Origin: Thermoanaerobaculia bacterium
Lineage (GTDB): Bacteria > Acidobacteriota > Thermoanaerobaculia > UBA5066
DNA length: 64,000 bases
Reading direction: 5' to 3'
NCBI GenBank assembly: GCA_963816185.1
Contig: CAWFJJ010000024.1
Span: 352,001-416,000, forward strand
In this document: positions 58,150 through 64,000 of the stretch, in pieces
Layout: each line of letters opens with the position of its first letter
How positions within the stretch are numbered: the stretch's first letter is position 1
The notes under the pieces: generated by a model
The model's input: only the letters and a program-made list of their open reading frames with translations
Databases searched by the model: none
Told to the model about the DNA's origin: nothing
Translations under genes and position numbers: made by a program

Positions 58150-59691
58150 TTGCTCAAGATCTCGATCCAAAGTGGTAAGGCGCACGCCCCGAGGGCGGAC
58201 GCGCTCGTTGTCTTCGCGGCCGGCAAGTCAAGGAAGGAAAGTCTTTCTTCGCTGCCGGCGGACCTGCGTGCCCTCGTGGCTGCGGCCGCGCCCGCCGAGC
58301 CCTCGGCGGACGGCGCCGTCTTCACGCTTCCTCTCCGTGGAGGCAAGGGGGCCGCGCGCCTCTACGTCCTTGGCGCGGGCAAGGAGACCGAAATCTCGCC
58401 GCGCAAGGCACGCGGCCTGCTGCGGGCCGCCGCGAAGACGCTGAACCGGAGCGGCGAATCGTCGGCCATCCTCGATTTCGCGCTCGGCATCAAGCGGATG
58501 GATGCGAAGGAGGCGCGAGAGTTCATCTTGCGCTCGCTCTTCCTCGCCGATTACGGCTTTCCTCGCTACAAGTCGAAAGACGCCGAGAAGACGCCGCTCG
58601 CCGCGATCGCCGTCGAGCCCCTCGGCGCGTTCCAGGGCATCGAGGCCCGTGAAATCGACGAGGCGCGCGCCGTCGCGCGTGTGGCCCGCCTCGTCCGCGA
58701 TCTCGGCAATACGCCGTCGAACGACATGCTTCCGCGCAATTTCGCGGACCGCGTCCGGAAGGAAGCGAAGACACGCGGCGTGAAGGTGACGGTCCTCGAC
58801 AAGAAGGCGATCCGGAAGGAGCGGATGGGCGGCCTCCTCGCGGTGAACCGCGGCGCTGCCGAGGAGCCGCGCGTCGTCGTCCTCGAGTACCGGGGAGGCC
58901 GGAAAGGCGAGGCGCCCGTGGCGCTCGTGGGAAAGGGCGTCACCTTCGATTCCGGCGGGATCTCGATCAAGCCCGCAGACAAGATGGGCGACATGAAGTG
59001 GGACATGATGGGCGCGGCCACGGCGATGGGCGCGGTCCTGGCCGCCGCGGACCTTCGCCTCGGCGTCAACCTCGTCGGGATCGCGGCCCTCACCGAGAAT
59101 CTGCCCTCGGGCTCCTCGTACAAACCGGGCGACATCGTGAGATTCCGCAACGGCAAGACGGCCGAGATCGACAACACGGATGCCGAGGGACGCGTCATCC
59201 TCGCGGACGCGCTCGACTATGCGGCCGAATGGAAGCCCGCGGTCATCCTGGATTACGCGACGCTCACGGGTGCGGCTCTCGTGGCGCTCGGTCTCGAGGC
59301 GGCGATCGTGTTCACGGACGACGACGCCCTCGCGAGGGAGCTCGTGAAGGCCGGGGAGCGGACGGACGAGCGCCTCTGGCGCCTCCCGATGTGGGAGGAG
59401 TACCGCGAGAACATCCGGTCCGACTGGGCCGACATGAAGAACACGGGCGGCCGGTGGGGCGGCTCGATCAACGGCGCGATGTTCCTCAAGGAATTCGTGG
59501 ATCCGAAGAGGCCTTGGGCGCACCTCGACATCGCGGGAACGGCCTTTTACGACCGCGAGTACGCGGGTTATCCCGTCGGAGCGACGTCCTTCGGGCTGGG
59601 CCTCACGCTGCGCTGGCTGAAGGACGGCTGGAGGGGAAGAAGAAAAGGAAATGACTTGAGGGAGAAAGAGAGAGAAGAAAGATTTGCTTAG
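58150..59691 (+). CDS. pepA: Leucyl aminopeptidase (M17)
   Basis: GKGVTFDSGGISIK, MKWDM, NTDAEGR, ATLTGA, WAHLDIAG. Confidence 0.93.
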   Translation: MLKISIQSGKAHAPRADALVVFAAGKSRKESLSSLPADLRALVAAAAPAEPSADGAVFTLPLRGGKGAARLYVLGAGKETEISPRKARGLLRAAAKTLNRSGESSAILDFALGIKRMDAKEAREFILRSLFLADYGFPRYKSKDAEKTPLAAIAVEPLGAFQGIEAREIDEARAVARVARLVRDLGNTPSNDMLPRNFADRVRKEAKTRGVKVTVLDKKAIRKERMGGLLAVNRGAAEEPRVVVLEYRGGRKGEAPVALVGKGVTFDSGGISIKPADKMGDMKWDMMGAATAMGAVLAAADLRLGVNLVGIAALTENLPSGSSYKPGDIVRFRNGKTAEIDNTDAEGRVILADALDYAAEWKPAVILDYATLTGAALVALGLEAAIVFTDDDALARELVKAGERTDERLWRLPMWEEYRENIRSDWADMKNTGGRWGGSINGAMFLKEFVDPKRPWAHLDIAGTAFYDREYAGYPVGATSFGLGLTLRWLKDGWRGRRKGNDLREKEREERFA

Positions 59692-59716
59692 AAGGGAAAA
59701 AGAAAAAGAAGAAAGA
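59631..59716 (+). other. Purine-rich low-GC tract containing a TGCTTAGAAGG motif variant
   Basis: gaggggaagaagaaaaggaaatgacttgagggagaaagagagagaagaaagatttgcttagaagggaaaaagaaaaagaagaaaga. Confidence 0.8.
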
Positions 59717-59742
59717 CATGGCAGCCGCCGAATAGCAGAAAG

Positions 59743-61536
59743 ATGTTGACGAGTCTCCGCGTCCGCGACCTCGCAGTCCTCGAGGACGTCGAGGTGGCGT
59801 TCGGCGAAGGCCTCACCGTCCTGACGGGAGAGACGGGAGCCGGCAAGTCGCTCGTCGTGGACGCCGTGATGCTGCTTGCCGGAGGGCGGGCTGATCCCGC
59901 GCTCGTGAGGGCCGGGTCCGAGAGACTCGTCGTCGAGGGCGCGTTCGACTGCGACGACGCCGAGGCGCGGCGCGCTCTCGTCGAGGCGGGTCTCCTCGAG
60001 GATGGAGGCACGGGCTCTTTCGAGGTCGTCGTGCGGCGCGAGGTCGCCGCGGGCGGCAAGGGGCGGCTCCTCGTGAACGGCTCTCCGGCGGCCCTGAGGA
60101 CTCTGCAGGAGATCGCGCCGCGTCTTCTCGTGCTCTACGGGCAGGCGGAGGCGCGCGACCTCCTCGATCCCGACGCGCCTCGCCACCTTCTGGATCGGTT
60201 CGCGGGCCTCGGAGAAGGGGCGGCAGCCGCGGCCGATCGCTTTCGCGAGTTCGTCGGCGCCGAGCGCGATCTCGCGCGCCTCCACGAGGCGGCCCGGGAC
60301 CGCGTTCAAAGGCTCGAGCTGCTCGAATTCCAGATTGCCGAGATCGACGGGGTGGGGCCGAAAGAGGGAGAAGACGAGGAGATTTCTTCTGAAAGGAAGA
60401 GACTGGCCAGCGTCGAGAAAGTGGGCCAGCTTCTCGCAACGGCGACGAGCGCGCTGGAATCCGACGAGAGCGGCGCGATCCCTGCGGCTTCGGCTGCCCG
60501 CCGAGCTCTTCAGCAACTCGAAGAAATCTCCTCCTCGTACACCACCCGGAGCGCCGCCCTCGCCGAGGCGATCGAGCGGCTCAAAGAGGTTGCGTTCGAG
60601 ACCTCCCGCGACCTCGGGAGTCTCGAGGCGGATCCCGCGCGTGCCGCGTTCGTGGCCGAAAGGCTCGACGCCCTCGCGAAGCTGAAGAGAAAATACGGCG
60701 CGACGCTCGCCGAGGTCCTCGAACGGCGCGCGTCGCTCGGCCGGGAGCGCGACGAGCTTCTCGATCTCGAAGGCGCGGTGAAGAAGGCCGAAGGTGCGTC
60801 GGAAAAGGCCTTCTCCTCCTATCGCCGCGCCGCGCTCGAGCTGTCGGCCGGCCGCGAGGCGGCCGCGCCGCGCCTCGGGCGCGCCGTGGAAGAGCACCTT
60901 CGAGACCTCGCGTTCCTCAAATCGTCGTTCTCGGTTCTCGTGACGCGCCGCGAGGAGGAAGGGAGTCGTTTCGCGGCGGGAGGCAGCCGCGTCTCCTTCG
61001 GGACGCACGGCATCGACCAGGTGGCATTCGCCTTCGCACCGAACCCCGGAGAGCCGGCGCGGCCTCTCCAGAAGATCGCCTCGGGCGGGGAGCTCTCCCG
61101 CGTCCAGCTCGCGCTGGCGGCCGCGCTTGCGGCCGAGGAGTCGGAGTCCGAGGCAAAGCCTGCAACGAGGCGCCGCGGCGGCCCCGTCCGGACCTTCGTC
61201 TTCGACGAGGTGGACGCGGGCGTCTCGGGCGCGACGGCGGAAGCCGTCGGCCGGAAGCTGCGCGGCCTCGCGGCGAAAGAGCAGATCCTCGTCGTCACGC
61301 ATCTCGCACAAGTCGCAGCGGCCGGCGACTGCCACCTTTCGGTCTCGAAGGAGGCGGCCAAGGGCCGGACGCGGACGCGCGTGGAGGCGCTCGACGGGGC
61401 CGGGCGGGTCGAGGCGATCGCCGCCCTTCTCGCTGGGGCGTCCGTCGGGGAAGCGGCGCGGGCCCAGGCGCGGCAGCTCCTCTCCGCGTTCACCCCAGGC
61501 GGGCGCCGTCCACGACTTTCCAGCCGCTCTTCTTGA
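59743..61536 (+). CDS. recN: DNA repair protein RecN
   Basis: LTGETGAGKS, coiled coil, PNPGE...KIASGGELSR, FDEVDAGVSG, VTHLAQVAA. Confidence 0.95.
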   Translation: MLTSLRVRDLAVLEDVEVAFGEGLTVLTGETGAGKSLVVDAVMLLAGGRADPALVRAGSERLVVEGAFDCDDAEARRALVEAGLLEDGGTGSFEVVVRREVAAGGKGRLLVNGSPAALRTLQEIAPRLLVLYGQAEARDLLDPDAPRHLLDRFAGLGEGAAAAADRFREFVGAERDLARLHEAARDRVQRLELLEFQIAEIDGVGPKEGEDEEISSERKRLASVEKVGQLLATATSALESDESGAIPAASAARRALQQLEEISSSYTTRSAALAEAIERLKEVAFETSRDLGSLEADPARAAFVAERLDALAKLKRKYGATLAEVLERRASLGRERDELLDLEGAVKKAEGASEKAFSSYRRAALELSAGREAAAPRLGRAVEEHLRDLAFLKSSFSVLVTRREEEGSRFAAGGSRVSFGTHGIDQVAFAFAPNPGEPARPLQKIASGGELSRVQLALAAALAAEESESEAKPATRRRGGPVRTFVFDEVDAGVSGATAEAVGRKLRGLAAKEQILVVTHLAQVAAAGDCHLSVSKEAAKGRTRTRVEALDGAGRVEAIAALLAGASVGEAARAQARQLLSAFTPGGRRPRLSSRSS

Positions 61537-61584
61537 ACGTGATTCTCAGATGTAAGGCGCGCGCGAAGAAACCCCAGTATTTCC

Positions 61585-61740
61585 CTGTCTCACGCCGTCG
61601 AAATCGTTTAGATCCATAGATTTGGGACATTTCAACGTATCTGTGGAAAAGCCTGTGTGTTGCGGTCGAAAAAGGGGCCCGAAGCGGCATTTTTGCTTGG
61701 GTTTTTCCGCCTCGCACATAGCTCTGTGCACCGGGCCGAT
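61585..61740. promoter_or_regulatory. AT-rich intergenic region with DnaA-box-like sequences
   Basis: TGTGGAAAA at 61642 (1 mismatch to TGTGGATAA); weaker TGTG/CACA half-matches at ~61654, ~61715 and ~61725. Confidence 0.35.
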
Positions 61741-61776
61741 TCGGGCTCGCCGGCGCTTTGATATCGTTCGATTTCG

Positions 61777-62334
61777 ATGACGATCCGTTCTTATCGCGGC
61801 CTCATGCCCCGGCTCGGCTCGGGCGTGTTCATCGCGGAGACAGCGGCCGTCATCGGAGACGTCGTCCTGGGCGACGACGTGTCGATCTGGTACTCGGCGG
61901 TCGTTCGTGGCGATTGCTGCTCGATAAGAATCGGCGCGCGGTCGAACGTGCAGGATAATTGTTCGCTCCACGTGACGAAGAGGACCGGGCCTCTCACTCT
62001 GGAGGAGGAGGTCACGCTCGGACACAACGCCGTCGTGCACGCGTGCACGGTCCGCCGTGGAGCTCTCATCGGCATGAACGCGACGGTTCTCGACAATGCC
62101 GATGTCGGCGCGAGCGCCCTCGTCGCCGCCGGCGCGGTCGTCCTGAACGGCACGGTGATCCCGCCCGCCACGCTCTGGGCCGGCAATCCCGCGAGGCACC
62201 GGCGCGACCTCACGCCCGACGAGGTCGAGAGCCTCAAGACCTACTGGCAGAACTACCTCGAGTACAAGACCGATTACCTCGACAGCGAGGCGAAGGGCCG
62301 GGCGGACATGAACACGGCCCTTCGCCGCGCGTGA
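61777..62334 (+). CDS. Gamma carbonic anhydrase family (YrdA/PaaY-like) hexapeptide-repeat protein
   Basis: VIGDVVLG, SIWYSAVVRGD, SNVQDNCSLH, GHNAVVHAC, LIGMNA, AGNPA. Confidence 0.92.
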   Translation: MTIRSYRGLMPRLGSGVFIAETAAVIGDVVLGDDVSIWYSAVVRGDCCSIRIGARSNVQDNCSLHVTKRTGPLTLEEEVTLGHNAVVHACTVRRGALIGMNATVLDNADVGASALVAAGAVVLNGTVIPPATLWAGNPARHRRDLTPDEVESLKTYWQNYLEYKTDYLDSEAKGRADMNTALRRA

Positions 62335-62359
62335 CGCCCACGGCCCGCGAGGGCCCGCG

Positions 62360-63622
62360 ATGATCGCGAGCGTCAAGGGGACGCGCGACCTCCTCCCGCC
62401 CGAGACGCGCGTGTGGAACCGCGTCGAGGCGGCTGCGCGCGAGGTCTTCGCGCTCTACGGCTTCGACGAGATCCGGACGCCGACGCTGGAGTCCACGGAG
62501 CTCTTCGTGCGGAGCGTGGGGGAGTCGACGGACATCGTCCACAAAGAGATGTACACGTTCACCGACCGCGGCGGCCGTTCCGTGACGCTGCGCCCCGAGA
62601 ACACGGCGGGAGTCGCGCGCGCCTACGTCGAGCACACGCTTGCGCAGGCAGGGCGGCCCTGGAAGCTGTACTACATCGGGCCGCAGTTCCGGTACGAGCG
62701 CCCTCAGAAGGGCCGCTATCGCGAGTTCCGGCAGATCGGAGCCGAGATTCTCGGCCCCTCGGACGCCGCGACGGACGCCGAGCTGCTCGTCATGCTCTTC
62801 GACTTCCTCGGGCGGCTCGGGTTCATGGGACTTTCTGTTTCGCTCAATTCGGTGGGGACGGAAGTCGAGAGACCAGGGTTCATCCAGGCGCTGCGCGCCT
62901 GGTTTTCTTCGAAGGAGAATTTGCTGGACGAGGACGACCGGCGACGCCTCGCGGAGAATCCCCTGCGCATCCTCGACTCGAAAAATCAGCGCCTTGCTGA
63001 ATGGCTCGCCGATCCCTCGCTGCCGCGCATGGTCGATTACCTTTCGAAGGAATCTTCCGAACATCACACGATGCTTCTCGGCTTTCTCGACGCAGCTCGC
63101 ATCCCCTATCGGATGGATCCTCTTCTGGTCCGTGGCCTCGACTACTACACGCGCACCGTTTTCGAGGTCACGGCAGCCGGCCTCGGAGCGCAGGACGCGA
63201 TCCTCGGCGGGGGCCGCTACGACAAGCTCGTCTCCGACCTCGGGGGACCGAGGACCGCCGGGATCGGCTTCGCCATCGGGACGGATCGTCTCGTCGGCAT
63301 CCTGCCCGAGGCGTTCCGCTCGGCGGCGATCGAGGCCGTTCGGCCTGTCGTGCTGATCCCGCTCGAGCGCGCCGACGTGGCGGAGGCTCTCTCCCTCGCG
63401 AAGGACCTTCGGAAGGAGGGGATTCCCGTCGACCTCGTCACGGCCGCGAAAGGACCGGGGCACGGCCTGAAGGTGGCCGAGAAAACGGGGGCCGTCCTCG
63501 CCGTTCTTCTCGGGCAGAAGGAGCGCGAAGGGGGAGTCGTGAACGTCAAGGATCTCGCGCGGCGGACGCAGGAGGCGCTCCCGCGGCTCGGCCTCGCGGC
63601 CGCTCTGCGCGCGCGTCTGTAA
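62360..63622 (+). CDS. hisS: Histidine--tRNA ligase
   Basis: KGTRD, KEMYTF, LRPENTA, FRYERPQKGRYREFRQ, LVRGLDYY, GGGRYD, IGFAIG. Confidence 0.96.
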   Translation: MIASVKGTRDLLPPETRVWNRVEAAAREVFALYGFDEIRTPTLESTELFVRSVGESTDIVHKEMYTFTDRGGRSVTLRPENTAGVARAYVEHTLAQAGRPWKLYYIGPQFRYERPQKGRYREFRQIGAEILGPSDAATDAELLVMLFDFLGRLGFMGLSVSLNSVGTEVERPGFIQALRAWFSSKENLLDEDDRRRLAENPLRILDSKNQRLAEWLADPSLPRMVDYLSKESSEHHTMLLGFLDAARIPYRMDPLLVRGLDYYTRTVFEVTAAGLGAQDAILGGGRYDKLVSDLGGPRTAGIGFAIGTDRLVGILPEAFRSAAIEAVRPVVLIPLERADVAEALSLAKDLRKEGIPVDLVTAAKGPGHGLKVAEKTGAVLAVLLGQKEREGGVVNVKDLARRTQEALPRLGLAAALRARL

Positions 63623-63633
63623 GATCCGCCACC

Positions 63634-64000
63634 ATGTCCTCAGTCGCACGCACCCCCGCCGGAACGCTCCGCAAGGCCGACGTCGGGCGGACCGTTCGCC
63701 TCCAGGGGTGGGTAAACCGCCGCCGCGACCACGGCGAGCTCGTGTTCATCGACCTGCGCGACCGCTCCGGGATCGCCCAGGTCGTGTTCGACGCCCGGTT
63801 CGTGCCGGCGCCCGATCTGCTCGAAAAAGCCAAGGAGCTTCGAAACGAGTTCGTCCTCGACGTGACAGGTACCGTCGTCGAGCGTGAGGGACTCAGCGTC
63901 AACCGCGAGCTCCCGACGGGTGAGATCGAGGTCCGCGCGACGGCGCTCTCGATCCTGAATCGGGCCGACACGCCGCCCTTCCCGATCGAGGACGGCATCA
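63634..64000 (+). CDS. aspS: Aspartate--tRNA ligase, 5' part (runs off window)
   Basis: Translated by hand: MSSVARTPAGTLRKADVGRTVRLQGWVNRRRDHGELVFIDLRDRSGIAQVV...PTGEIEV...TPPFPI. Confidence 0.93.
   Translation, partial: MSSVARTPAGTLRKADVGRTVRLQGWVNRRRDHGELVFIDLRDRSGIAQVVFDARFVPAPDLLEKAKELRNEFVLDVTGTVVEREGLSVNRELPTGEIEVRATALSILNRADTPPFPIEDGI

Overview
High-GC (roughly two-thirds G+C, judged by eye) bacterial chromosomal window, densely coding and mostly on the + strand. The gene repertoire suggests Acidobacteriota, Thermoanaerobaculia-like (inference). The indicators are TIGR02999-type ECF sigma with Ser/Thr kinases, choice-of-anchor/IPTL-CTERM surface proteins, FecR-DUF6600 and YXWGXW proteins. 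Housekeeping genes: OdhA/Kgd-type sucA, metX-family, korAB, folE, pyk, dnaB, alr, mlaEFD, radA, purC, pepA, recN, hisS and aspS. Three things stand out. (1) An 8-gene operon at 15.4-23.4 kb joins a PspA/IM30 (ESCRT-III superfamily) protein, a membrane coiled-coil protein, a classical AAA+ ATPase and an ABC importer whose binding protein is fused to an OmpA peptidoglycan-binding domain. (2) An AT-rich motif, (A/T)TTCTTAGAAGG, with purine-rich flanks recurs in convergent pairs 75-190 bp apart, even inside conserved genes, and both frameshifted genes have their breaks between such a pair. (3) An array of secreted-protein genes next to the ECF-kinase pair (32.9-39.9 kb) is built from repeated promoter/signal-leader units and ends in a scrambled Hcp-like ORF. 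I saw no rRNA, tRNA, CRISPR array, transposase or integrase. All product calls come from motif recognition by eye, not database searches.
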